From contig CAJVPI010000010.1 in the NCBI GenBank assembly GCA_910592345.1, positions 1 through 64,000 on the forward strand: DNA of 64,000 nt. Direction: 5' to 3'. Position 1 is the stretch's first letter; every line of letters starts with the position of its first letter. The notes under the pieces are model-generated. The model saw nothing but the letters and a program-made list of their open reading frames with translations. It made no database searches and was not told where the DNA came from. The stretch comes from Paraglomus brasilianum. Its lineage: Eukaryota. Made by a program: the position numbers and the translations under genes. This document shows positions 12,099 to 24,984 of the stretch, in pieces.

Positions 12099-13830
12099 TT
12101 AAAATACACTTTACAGAAAATACAGGTTTCGCGAATGAGTCTCCAATGAAACACAACCGACGTCAAACGCATAATACTTGCGTACCTGCCCAATGCTTCG
12201 AACCACGCCACGATTGATGTATCCGTCTGTACATAATCTCTAAACTCTTCCCAGTCAATATAGTTATCGCCTTTCGTGTTTATGCTCTCAAACACCTTCT
12301 CAACAAGTTCTTCAATAGCTTCTGAGCTTAAACATTCATTGACAGGCACTCTTGGCTCCCATTCGATCGATGGCAAGTCCTCCAGGCTAGCAGTCTTTAC
12401 TGCAGTATAATGTGCATTACTATCAGGTGGTACGGCAGCATTGAAAGCAGCTGCTACAGGCTGTGCAGGAGAGGATTCGTACGATTCCATTAATTCTTCC
12501 TCCATAGCCTTAACAACATCGCGCACAAGCTCAGTCGATAGATGAAAATATGCCTTGAAAATTTTCTGAAGCTCTTCCTTCGAAATCTTGCCATCGTCAT
12601 CAAGATCATAGCCTTTGAACGCGCCTGAAATATCAATCCAATATCTTAGTATGCAGGAATATTGCAACGAAACTTAAACAATTTTGTAAACCTTACATCT
12701 CATTTTCTCTTCGAGATTTCCTTTGCATAAAATGGATAGACCACATACTAGTTCACTAAAGTTAATAATGCCATCTCCGTCTTGATCAAAAAACTTAAAA
12801 ATTCTGTCAGTAATAAGGTTTTTCTCAAGACCCAAAGGTCCAAGACATTGGTCAAAAGTCTTCCTATCAATCCCGCCACCATCTCTGGGAACTGTTGCAA
12901 TCGACCTAAATTGCTCGTAAAGTGCCTCCAGTTCCACCTGGTCGACTAACATATGAAAAGCTCTATCAGAATAAAATTTGATTACGTGAAGTAAAAAAAA
13001 AACAATAACAGAATACGTCGCTTACAGTGAGTCTTTCTCTGTAGCTCGCGCAATTTATCACGACTCAACGCGGGCAGATCGAGTGGAAGACCTGCAGACC
13101 AACACGCTTTTAGATAAACTGGCCACAGGAAGAAAACCAATCAAGGCTAAGACCAAAGAACAACCTGGATAGAACACGTTCAGCAAAGCCGATCGAGGGT
13201 TTGCCAGAGGTGCAATTGGGATCTTGATCTTTAAGAACGTATGCGTCCTTAAATGTACCTGATGAGCCTCGCAGCTCTCACAAAGGTCGTAATCGGCACA
13301 ATTCGCACATTTATAGCGAATACCTCTAATTGGTGACTACCACGAAGCTGGATATTAGAACAAGAGCTTTCCTTTATCAACAGGTAAATACTAAATGATC
13401 TTACAGCTCGGCAATGGCTACAAATTATCCCCCCTGGCAAAGAAATGTTAGCGATCGCAAAATAGAATGTGTATCATAGACTGTGAATAACTTACTGTGT
13501 ACATAGCCTTCTATCATATGATTCAATAGCGTTAGTAATATGTACAAAACATAATATAACACGTTATCAATGCATACCTTTTCGTGCCTGATCATCGGCA
13601 ATGGAGTTAAGTAAATGAAGCAAGTTTTGCGCTTCCGGAGCATCAGTGTCGAAAGGATTCTCAACACCTTGCTGTGAGTTCGATGATCCTCTTTGGGAAT
13701 TAGCACTCGCTTGCTGGTGACTTGAACGAGTACCAGACGGACGGCGAACTGAATAAAGAGTGTAAAGAAGACCAAGGCCACTAAGCACGCCACCTACTAA
13801 GAAAGCTCCATTGGAAAGAGGTGTACCCAT
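12099..13830 (-). CDS. ZZ-type zinc finger / EF-hand calcium-binding protein with N-terminal membrane anchor; multi-exon
   Basis: N-terminal TM segment (AFLVGGVLSGLGLLYTLY) is followed by LLHLLNSIADDQARKEGYVH, then the ZZ finger GIICSHC...RGIRYKCANCADYDLCESCEA..H..TH.FLKIKIP. EF-hand loops are DQDGDGIINFSE, DLDDDGKISKEE and NTKGDNYIDWEE. The protein ends WFEALGSVF*. Confidence 0.92.
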
Positions 13831-15937
13831 ACTTGTGTAAATAATTGTTTGTTCAGGTTGGCATACTGCAACGAAGTGAATGAAGAGTTATCCCGAATTT
13901 TTTTCAATATTATTATTATTATTATTAAGCGCGATGTGTAACATATTTTATGTATCTACGATCGCCCTCTTCAACCTCATTGTGAATAAAAAGTTTCTGG
14001 CTGTATAACAAGTCTGTAGCGCTTGATGTACAATTATTAGACTTTTGAGCGCACTCTTATGTAATCATCAGGAGGATGTACCATTACCATATTAAAAGCA
14101 GCTAATAGCAATAAAAAATCGAGTTTATGGCTTCAATGTCGATTCACTTGGAGCTAATTATGAACACGACTGTGTATTTCATATTTTTAACGTGAGAGGA
14201 ATCAGACATGTATGTGATAATAGACATTCCACAACTATTTATCTACTTATTATCTTGTCGTTGACAGCAAATCCTTTCTAACAAGCAATACAAATAAAGG
14301 CGAGCCTTTGTCCGCTAGATTATCAATTGCGCGTCTTTTATCGCATCAAGTGACTGCTGCGGACACTAATTATTTATTTTGTCCCGTCGATTAGTTCCCG
14401 CGGATATTTAAGGTAAAATAGAAATACGGCCCCGTGAATATTAGAGAAGAAAGTAATGTCGAAAGCTACACACAGTACATTATAAATACTATAAATACAA
14501 AATAGCAGAACTAATGCTAAAGCTTCTGCATCTAATTTTTTCCATCCCTAATAATGTATATTTTCTCGGAAATTTTTATTTCTTATTGCTCTTTATCTTT
14601 GTACCTTACTTATTCTTAACTGCTGCATTCTTTATTATTATCGATTTACAAAGGGTTTTCCAATCATGTACTAATACTAGTTGTATAAAACAGCTTTTGC
14701 AGTTGTCCGTAGAGACATTACCTTATAAAACCAGCATTGGAAATAAATTATAACTCCCTTCCCTCCGTTTCATAAAATTATGTTCAATAAATAATTTTAT
14801 TAATACGGTTCCGCGTTTGTGAAGTTCATCCCAAATTTATAACCCTATTTTTGATACAGCTCTTTCTTTACCCTTCTCCAGATTTTTATTGACTGATCAA
14901 AGGTCCATTGTAAGATTTCTTTCCATCGGTCGAAGTACTGTATAAATAATATTGTAAGATGCAGGTATTTTAGATCTGTGAGTTTATTTAACATTTTCCC
15001 TGATCAATTTCTGTCTCATTGCCTCTGCCTCAAATCTATCTGATTGCTCTACCTACTACTACTATATTAACTACCACGGTTTTCCTTTTTCAAACATGTA
15101 ATTACTTGCCTACTACTATCCTCACTCCTGCCACTTAATAATGTATTAATTAACCCCCTTTTTTTCAATCTTATTACTTTTTGTAACTCCTTGTTAATTT
15201 ATTCTCATTTTTGTTCTGGACAAATGCCTTCCTATTACTACTACTTCTCATGTCCCTTGTCGGGGGAGTTTCGATTGGTTTCGCAAGCTACATTAATAAT
15301 AGATTTACGGAATAGTAATAGGATTAATTAAACATACTACATACGTAAAGGTCCACTTGCCATTTTTTTATCATCTTTTCTTCTGAAAAAAAAAAAGCAT
15401 TATTGGATAGAGTAACAATTTGCTTACCATATTAAAAGATACTTCATTTTATTTAAATTGCAAACAAACTATGTTTCAAAAATGGACTTGTTCAATTTTC
15501 ACAATTAAATACATTAAAAATAACGTACATTCTAATATCAAGTGTAATGCAGCTATCCGTAACTTTAGTTCTAACACGTTAACCATATGCTATATATATA
15601 GAATCAGTATGTTAAGATTCCTGTAACATGATATAACTAATAACGTGTTTCTGAAACAGCCTCTTTTGCAAAATCTCAGAGAGCAAAATAAATAAACCAA
15701 TAATAAAGTAAAACGCAAATTTATTTGCCATTTTAATTAATAATAAACTCTTTTTTGAACACACGGCAATAGTCTTATACTTTACTTTACTACACTAATG
15801 TCAATATTAATGGGAGTTTGTCGTCTTTCGTAAATAGAAATAGCCGCAAACATTTGTATAATCCAATTATTTTTGTATTATTATTATGCACAAATCGATA
15901 AGACATATTTTACAGCAGTTTACAAATTAACTCTCAG

Positions 15938-17576
15938 TTACACTTCAACGTTCAGTGTACTACTATTCCGCTTCCCAAAATTTACGACAAACTGTTCCAG
16001 AAGCTTCCAACTACTAGCACTATTCTGTATAATGTTTGGAATTATACCACACTGATCTATAGACACGTCATCATTATCAAATTCAATATTAATGTTGTTA
16101 CGCACTTTAACATCTTTTTCTCGTTCCTTTTTTTCCCGACTGCGTTTATCACAAGTGCTTGAATCCTCTTCAATTGTCTCATCTGCATCTTCCGAATATG
16201 AAATGTCTCGGTTTGCCATTGTCTCACACTGTTTTCCTCTCCCTCCCTCGTCCGTTTCTTCTATTACTTTGATATTTAACACTTTATCCGTGCACTGATA
16301 CAGATTCTCCGCTGTAAACGAATCCTCGCCATCTGACATCATGGATTCAGACATACACCGAGAACCAAAGATATTTTTAAGACGAGAAGTAATTGGTTGG
16401 AGGGAGATGAAATTTCGTGTTACGCCGTAGATCACCGAATTTGCGAAGCCTGCAGATGTGAAGATACAAGCTGCAGAAATTAGACTGAAAGACAATTAGG
16501 AAATACAACGTAAGTTAACAAAGTATGATTAGAAATGTAAACCAAAACGAAAACCACATTATCCAATATAAGAAAATGCTTACTATCCGAATGGCCATTC
16601 TGCACCGCCAAGTGTTACAAGTCGTTCTGGTACATAAAACATTTGAATACGTAAGTAAGAATGCTAGGTTCATCCATCCGCAACGTTTCTCCCCGTCTAA
16701 TGACATTCTGAGATTTTCTAAACTTACGCAAAGCCAAAGGAAAGACTAATAGAATATATACAATAGGGTACCACACCAATTTGTTTGCAACGTTCTTTAA
16801 CCTCAGTGGTGCGTTCTGTCTTCCGATTGCTTGTGACAACGCCCTTCGTCTCCAGAACAAGCTTGCATATATTATTGCATATAAAACAAACATCAATGCT
16901 GCCACACAGAGTATAATGCCATAATGGAATGTGATCCTGTATGTCGAATAATTTGCTGAGATCCAACACCATGCGCCACCAGCACTATTGTAGAATGGCT
17001 TGGAAGAAGTGGAAATGAATAGACCGGCAGTTGCGAGGAAGATATTGCAAGGCCAGATTATGATCATGCTGATGATGGCAAATTTGGAATAGTCAAGGTT
17101 GGCGACGACATATATGAAAGTTTGAACACATATTGCTAGTGCCCAGAAACCTGTATTGAAAGTTTTTGTTAGAGTTCAGTTTCATACGAAAGAGAAAGCG
17201 CACACACATCTAGCTATCCAATCTACTATCCCGCAATTTACATACCAGAAGCAACATCACCAATGTTGATGATGATGCCCTGAAAGCTGCACAGTGCGCC
17301 TGGTACTATTTTTCCGATAGATATCCAGTGAAAACTCAACATAAATCCAATGCTTTGTAGAAAATCAGCCATCAGCAAATTTAGTACTAGAGGTGTGATC
17401 GTGGTCCTCTTGTATTCGTATCTATGGAAATATATCCATGTGAACGTCGATACGCATGCGATGTTACTTAACGTACTGAATGATACTACAGCGATCATTC
17501 CGGCAACGTAGTCTGATGTATGAGGAGACGAGTCTAGAGTAGGTGATGGACTGATGATTTGTGATGTTGATGTCAT
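15938..17576 (-). CDS. Git3/Gpr1-like G-protein-coupled receptor (7TM); multi-exon
   Basis: Motifs LVLNLLMADFLQSIGF, LCSFQGIIINIGDVASG, FYNSAGGAWCWIS..Y..YRI.FHY, KLVWYPIVYILLVFPLA and SAGFANSVIYGVTR are typical of fungal Git3/cAMP-receptor-like GPCRs. Confidence 0.9.
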
Positions 17577-18642
17577 AATGGTGTTATGTACAAGATAAAT
17601 GATACGTGCTGTATTATAATGTGTATGAATGTCTATTAATGAGCTATCTACGAAGTTGAGCTTATATGTGTAGTGAATCAGTCTATGCAAGTATTTTTGG
17701 TCTACTTCTATCTTTAGCGTGGGGGGTGGGAGAAGGAGTGTATATGGTTTGTTCCTCGTATCTGCTTTTGTATGAAGGCTGTTGATACATATAATAAACT
17801 TTTTACAATTGTGTCGTTAGATTGAGTGCGAGATAAATCGATGGCAACGTACAGTCGGACTGGAGAAATAAATATGATATTTATGAGATTGGACTGTATC
17901 CCCGAGTGTCACTATTGAACTTCTACAAATGCACGTTTGTGGTAATCACAAAGCACATCCACGCTATCTTTTTTTGGCCGAACTCCCAGCCATTGTTTTA
18001 ATAATCTTATGTTGCTAAGGGTTCATCCGAAACGATGATCAATTCTATTCCGTAAAGCAAACTCTGTTTTTGTGGATCTTAGCACTTCAACGGGACTCGT
18101 ATTGAAAATGGGCAGGGACTATTATAATTAGCTATCAGCTAATAATACTCGGTTGAATTATACGCGAATATCATATATGCGCTGAATATGATAGCTGGCC
18201 ATGATGAGCAAGTATATGATATAAAAGAGTGTTGCCTTCTATCTATACGAGAGGACATGATAAACAAATAAGCGTGATTTAATATAATTGTTTGTTTGGT
18301 TATTTGATTATGTTTAAGTTTTTCTGTTTATTAAAGAGGACGGGTTTACGTCCCTTATCGAGATCGTCACTCGTGTACTGCCATCCCGGTTTTATGATTA
18401 AATTAGTACTAGGGTAAGGTGACTGCTGGTTTATGTGATGTTTCAATACGTCATTATATGTTATGACAAATACTCATTCGTTCACAACTGTCCGTTTAAT
18501 TCGAAATTAGCCTTATCCGTAACCAACACATTCTCACGCCAACAGCAATAAAAACTATAATTCTAAACCGATTACAGCCCTTTCCTCGACATCCGTTCGA
18601 AACCATACAGTCCAATATCCACATATATTCAACTTTATTGAT

Positions 18643-19194
18643 ATGAGCAATACCCACGAGGACGTTCTGAAAGACACCACTCATCCACCCATCGTTCAAC
18701 ACAGAGATCCTCCAAACTCGGAAACAGGCACATGTACAGAGAAACAAATACAAGCAGACAACATTAAAATCAAAGAATATGAGAAACCATCCTATATACA
18801 TGGCGCAAAAGATGCACTTACTGGTACAGTCAAGGTGATTAAACTCGCAAAAAGATAATGGAAGCAGATGGTCAATGTGCACAATAAGAGTTAGATTATA
18901 CAACATCTTCTGGCCCCATTACCATCCGCTGACTTAGATAAGAAGACTAAACACCTGCAATCGATGTTTCTCTCTTGATTCATCAGGCAACCATTTTACC
19001 TAATAAATGGATATCGATTAATACTAAAACATTGTCCTCTGATCCAGGAGAATGTTGCCAGATTAACTGGTAATGAGGAAACGAAACAGTCTGGTCATCA
19101 GCAGAAACAAAAAGGATTGGAAGAAATTGAAAATTCGGTAAAGGAGGATGAATTTGATGATGCCGTGTATAATTCCTTGTCATATGGGACATGA
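18643..19194 (+). CDS. CsbD-like small stress protein; 2 exons (18643-18834, 19048-19194)
   Basis: The splice AAG|GTGATT...CCAG|GAG joins PSYIHGAKDALTGTVK to ENVARLTGNEETKQSGHQQKQKG, giving a CsbD-like repeat. Exon 2 is in frame to TGA at 19192-19194. Confidence 0.8.
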
Positions 19195-19600
19195 ACAATA
19201 TGTGATAACTCTAGTTTTTATAAGTAAAAGTGGCGTGTGTTCGATGATTGTTGCAAAGGTTAACTAAAAAGTACAAATATAAACACCAATTGATAAGAAG
19301 TCCGCTGAATAGGAATTTATTTATCAGGACTTGTTCCTGTGTATCGGTCAACGGTACTGATTGATAATTCCCTTGAACTGGTTCGTAAAGTTCAAGTTAT
19401 AAACTGGTATTTGTGGCTGATTTTCCGAAAAGTGCCCGACTTTTCCCGTTGAGTAACGATTTTTCGTAACGGGATTACTATTAACGGAGTTGGGGGCAAT
19501 GTGAATTGTGAACATGTTGATGGTGTACATAGTTTGTACGCCCTATAACGTAATATTACCGCAGAAGAAATACTCTTTTTTTTTTCCCCCTCTACAATGT

Positions 19601-20750
19601 CGGATGGATTGTAACATATCCATCAAGCAATGCCCGGAGGAAGATTCCCCGAGCGCACAGTTCCACAATTCCGGCACTTGTACATATCGATATAGTGGGC
19701 CCAACAGAGCATTTTACGAACGGTTTTTTGTGTTATCTTTCTTGTTTTTCGATTTACCATATTCCGATACCTCAAAAGGAGGAATGATAATGGTATCAAA
19801 TTCGCGAGTAAAAAATGCGACACTCTTTTTATGAACGTCATTTTGCAGGTGTTTGATTTTTCTGCAAGGCCTTTTTCTTCTTACGTTTTGAACTAGAGGA
19901 ACGCCAGAGTCAATGGAAACTGCATGAACAGAACTATTCGCAGAGTTGTTTTTGCGTCTCGTAAACCCATGAAAATTTCCATTCATTAGTTTTGCGGATA
20001 TGTGATCTTGCAATCTTGTGAGGAACAGGCCACTTATTATTATGCCTTTTTTTTCGAAATAAAGAGGCCACAAATCGCGTTTGTCGTCCAGAGTGATAAC
20101 AGGCTTATGACGGATGCGGAAAGCATTGATGGAGATGGGTGATATAAAAACGGTTTCCACGTGGATTTTGCGCACAAATTATTAAATCTTTTCGAGATCG
20201 AAACGACAAAGACGAACTTTGCTGATTCCGTGGTTGGTCCTAAAATTAGTTAAATAAATAAACCAAAATAATAACAAGCAGTTAATGCTTCATTGATAAT
20301 GTTTGCCATGTGTACCTTGAAGCAGCACGAATTTGCATTCACCCCATACGCATGATTTTTGAAGTCTCTTGTCCTCATGCTCATTACCGTCTTTTCTTAC
20401 ATGTAAAGCTTAAGCTTATCTTCAATAGGTTGAGATTTTATCCAAACCCGTCGTGATGTGAATCTTTGGTATAGAAACGGCGGTATCGACAGCTGCGTTA
20501 TAAGCATATCTCGACAAGCCCGTCCAACGTTTCAATAGTTGCTTTTGAAGGTGAATTGGATATACTTTGATTAGTAGCGTACAATGGAGAGCTTCCAAGT
20601 GTTGTCGTTTGTTGCATGCTGCTGTTGCGCTTTTTTCCTTGTTTGGGGCGACTCTTCTTCCGTGCTTGATTGCAAAGGTTAACATTGAGGAGAGAGTTTA
20701 TGTGTTTACGATTTTGAATAATTTGCTTATTTTCAATAAGCGAAAAATTG
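19601..20750 (-). mobile_element. Fanzor2 element, copy 2; internally deleted pseudogene retaining N-terminus and right end (left boundary uncertain)
   Basis: N-terminal TLLIKVYPIHLQKQLLKRWTGLSRYAYNAAVD (HTH_OrfB_IS605-like) is followed by SFRSRKDL, VHAVSIDSGV (RuvC-I), HLQNDVHKKSVAFFTREFDTIIIPPFEVS, RKITQKTVRKMLCWAHY, CRNCG and ARGIFLRALLD. Nucleotide similarity to 2080-2980 is high. Confidence 0.92.
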
Positions 20751-23115
20751 CAATGGTTAAAGGATTATGTCTTTAAATATGTTTATGGTTGTCGGTATTT
20801 GAATGGGGAACCGAAAACGCGCATGAAACATACAATAGCCTGTGTTGCATTGAATGGAGCTATTGTCTACGAAAACGGTTCTGAAGCTTTGACTACGAGC
20901 ATACAACTCTCTCGGCAAATCCGTCCAAGTGAGGAAATGATTACGTCGACCATAAAGGCTCCAAAGATACAGTGCGCGAAAAAAGTTTTTGGAATAAAAT
21001 GCATAAACTTTATTTTCTTCCAAAATACGCGTCTAATCAAAACAGCCAACTAATCCGTTTTGTGCGTTCTATTCCTATGTATGTAACACCGACAAAAAAC
21101 TCGGTCATTTGTTTTATTTGTTAAACTTTCGTTTTGGATACAATCGAGAGAAAAAAACCAAACAAAGCTTATTATTATGGTGCCACCTGTTTATGTAGTC
21201 GAGACATCAACCATTATTCCTTCGTGAACTACATTTGTTATCAATTTTTTGATGCTAGGTTTTTACCATCCAGACCATCGTCCTATAAAATGAGTTAAGT
21301 TAACTTTCCATTGTTTCTGCGGCTGTAACAAGGAGGTTCAATATGGGTAAAATAAGAGAACAAACAGGTTGCATGAAACACAGTAATTGAAGTCAATCAG
21401 CTCGAGAAGCAACACGTCTCCTTTACTTGTGATTGTTTACCTGTCTCGTCGAATATGTTGCGGTTTGCTTTTGATAAAAATGGTTATTACTTTCTCATTC
21501 ATTGTTTGAGCAGTTCGTTCGCAAACTTGTAGTTCCCAACCCACCGATTCCAAACAGGTTTGGCGAACGCCGCATCTGCAATCTCAATGATGTAATAAGG
21601 TACAAATAGTCTTGTCTTATACCCGTTTTAGAAAAATTAACTCATCAAACGTCGCCATCCCGAGGCGCCTGCTGGCATAATAATAAGTAGAACGTGGAAT
21701 AATTGTAAAACCAAATAACATATTTGTTAAAAACTCATACTGTGTCTAGACTTATGTACATGAAGAGTATTAGTAGACCCATTGACATACTTACTTTACG
21801 TATTAAAACTGAAGATTTGGAAACAATTAATTTTGTACATTTTATGATGAAATACTAATTCTAATCTCTCGACACAAGTCTACAACGACTTTTTAATTAT
21901 TTCCTGTACTTCCAAGTTTTAATCTATTAATTAATGCGTTACGGATTTCTAGTATCAAAAATACCTGTGTATAAAATGTTGGAAGTAAACGGCTACACGC
22001 GTATCATTCATTGTGATACCAACATTTATATGAAAGGGACATTATAACGTATTAGTCAACAAAATCCCTGTCAAGTTGGTATGCGTCTACCTTATAACTA
22101 TTTCCGGGTAAACAGAGCAGTTGTCTAATTAAAGAACATTACCTTTATATATTATCTTTTATTAGCACGACATTGAAAATTATCGGACGAACAATGTCAA
22201 TGGACAAGTTCTGGGTTATTTTTAGAATTGCTTATAAAGACATTGTATTAGAATAAGAGACAAATATATATTAGTTTTATTCTTGTTCTATATAATTGGC
22301 ATTTCTTCCGTGACGGCGACTGACAACAATGCGGCTCAACACTTTTATAAGACCTTCGTTTTTTAAAGTTTGGTGGTCGAAACTAACTGACACGATAATA
22401 TAGTTGTGAATTATATATACATTCGCAAAAAAAATTTTGATAGCTTAACTGAACTTCTTACTATTACCAAGACTCTGATTCTATATTATACTTTGTTTGC
22501 AAACTTCTGCCAGTAATTTTCGTCTTAATAATAATTCTTGTCTCACGTGATTAAAACAAACAAAGTATCTTTATCAGCGGTTTCTTTGTGCATATTACAT
22601 ATTACAACCATCAATCATTTACTACTTGGACCTTATTTATTAATAATAAAGAATCCAACGGAACTCAGTAGGACAGTTCATAGTTAATGACAATGTAGCT
22701 TTTTTTTCCTTAAAAAAACATATAAACTACGTGTATGAAATCCATCAGTAATAGCAACAATCGAAAGACATGGCATTGCCTGATTACTCATTGCCTGATT
22801 ACTTACATCACATCATCATACAAGATTTTAACCAAATCATATATTAACAATAAACCATAAAAAAAACCCTATTAAACCTTAACATAAAAAAACTATTACG
22901 CATATAACTGAAATAAGCCTGCATTCTTTGCGCTTGATGGGTAAAACGATATACACTACGTGGAGTAAAATCCTGGCTAAATAAATATATAATCAATCGA
23001 CGTTTTTTGCTCATCAAGCACAATTACTACTTTATGTTGTATCGACCAGATTGAGTATTAATCCGGTTTGAAACCTATGGTATCGGACAAGTTATTAGAG
23101 GACAGTAGACGAAAA

Positions 23116-24984
23116 TCATGATGCAAACTCTAAGTTTTTGACAAACTGGTTTACCTCTTGAATAGTTGTTGATGGGGGAACCTGAGATTCAAGAAGTTGC
23201 GAAATTGAGATAACGGAAACATGAGTGTTTCGGATGTGCTGATGGTTGTATGATTCGGTTGACGGGGAAGGCACACGAGCAAGGTGGATAGACGGGACTA
23301 ACTGAGGATTTCTAGTATGTTCCAGTTCATGAGCGGTCCCGACGCTTTGGTTATTACTTTCGTTATCGCTTCCCGAATCATTACGAGTATACATTTTTAT
23401 TCCCTTTTTTTTTAAGTATTGACACAAACCAGAGCGTCCTGGTTTAGAGTAAAAAGTTGAATCGGAAAGAAAATGGTTATAAGTAATTATGCAAACAAGT
23501 ATAATAAATATGTATTTCACTGCTTATGTTAACAAATCAAAGGTTATTCTTGTAATTTCTTACTTGGTACTCCAGGAAAATTCTTTGCAGTAGACACTTC
23601 GAATATTTCTGTAAATAAATTGCAAATTATGGGAGTAGAGTTTATGGTAGTATTGATCCGATGCCCACTTCATCCGATAGATTGGTTCAAACCCCAGCAA
23701 AAGAAAAATTTGAATCACATTACGCAATTACCGAGAACGCAGTTAGTATGACAGATCTAAACTGTTGTTGCACATGAGGTCTTAACACATGCGTGTCAGA
23801 TAATTTCGGCCAATATGCTGGTATCTAACCAAACTTGGTCAATTAAACAACACTAAGACCTTACGTACAACAGATTCAAAAGTTCTAAATTGATTAAAGA
23901 CAATAAATATAATTGCCCATTTATATACTCACTTACTGATACAAAACAAACTAAATTGGAAGGAGTACCTTCCTTCAGTACGAACGCTCAAATCCGCAAA
24001 CACGAAATACACTGTCATCCTTTCTGCATCTTCAAAATCTTCGACTAGATGCCCACTCGCTGTTGTGTTACCGACAAGAGTAAAGCCTTGATGTTCTTGG
24101 CCAGCGTACGTATAATTGACTAGATTAGCTTCCGTGTGGTCTTGTTTAAAAATATCACATTTTACTATCATTCCGTTGGTAAAATGATCCCTGTCCGGAT
24201 AAATTAAGGACAATGAATTAGATATGTATGAACAATCGACGAATGATCCCAACATTTTGAAATTATGTGGAAAATACAAATAAGCATTGTTATATAGTCA
24301 TTATGCTGTATAAATTCTCACCTAACATCGAGTACACGACGATTATTCTTCCTATTTAGAACAACAAGTTGTAAAATTGGAATAGGGGCAACTATTCGGC
24401 GGTCCTAATTCCGTTTACGTTAATAATTAGTCGAATCATCCACCAATTTTCATAATTGATCCGCATTTAATTTACCTTCTCGCCGAACCCACATCGGCGG
24501 GCACATTTGGGTTGCTCAAGGATCTTTAGACTATATTCGAATTCATCTCTATCGACATCATTAATACATAATTGTTGCAATTAGTATATAAGCACGCTTT
24601 TGTCTAAACTATACATGTTAACGATTATATTTGTATCGATTGATTCAACAACAAATAACCCCGTTCTCGCACTCCTACGTTTAATGAATACTTATCCACC
24701 CAACCATAATCAACGCTTTTGATTTGTTACTACTAATATTTACTTCGTTCTCTCTACCTTTCTCACCTGCAGTTTAATGGATCAACCAATGTTGCGTATG
24801 TTTCCTGGTCAGCGTAATGGCTTCGTTTGAATCTGGTGGTTCGACGAACATTCACGTCAGCTCTACCTGGATTTGCTTGTGAATTTCTCATATATGTATG
24901 TATGGCTTCTATACTTCTTCTATCGTGTCCAGTATTTGACACCATTTGAGTTGTAGATAAAGGATTGTCTATGTTTTGATTCAT
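23116..24984 (-). CDS. Velvet-domain regulatory protein; multi-exon
   Basis: Exons encode YSLKILEQPKCARRCGFGEK|DRRIVAPIPILQL, TLVGNTTASGH..ED...VYFVFADLSVRTEGRYSFQFSLF, FTEIFEVSTAKNFPGV and GLCQYLKKKGIKMYTR, covering the canonical velvet motifs. The subfamily (VeA/VelB/VosA/VelC) cannot be assigned by eye. Confidence 0.92.

Noticed and set aside
14514..15300. Strand-biased, purine-rich (minus) stretch that may be a decayed retroelement or gene
   Set aside because: It has many stops and no recognisable domain motif.
20757..21023. Possible IS607 TnpA serine recombinase upstream of Fanzor (LYGRRNH and LYARS resemble TnpA motifs)
   Set aside because: The motifs are in the wrong order (YARVS should precede LYGxR), and there are no D..SG or DRL.R motifs; probably coincidental.
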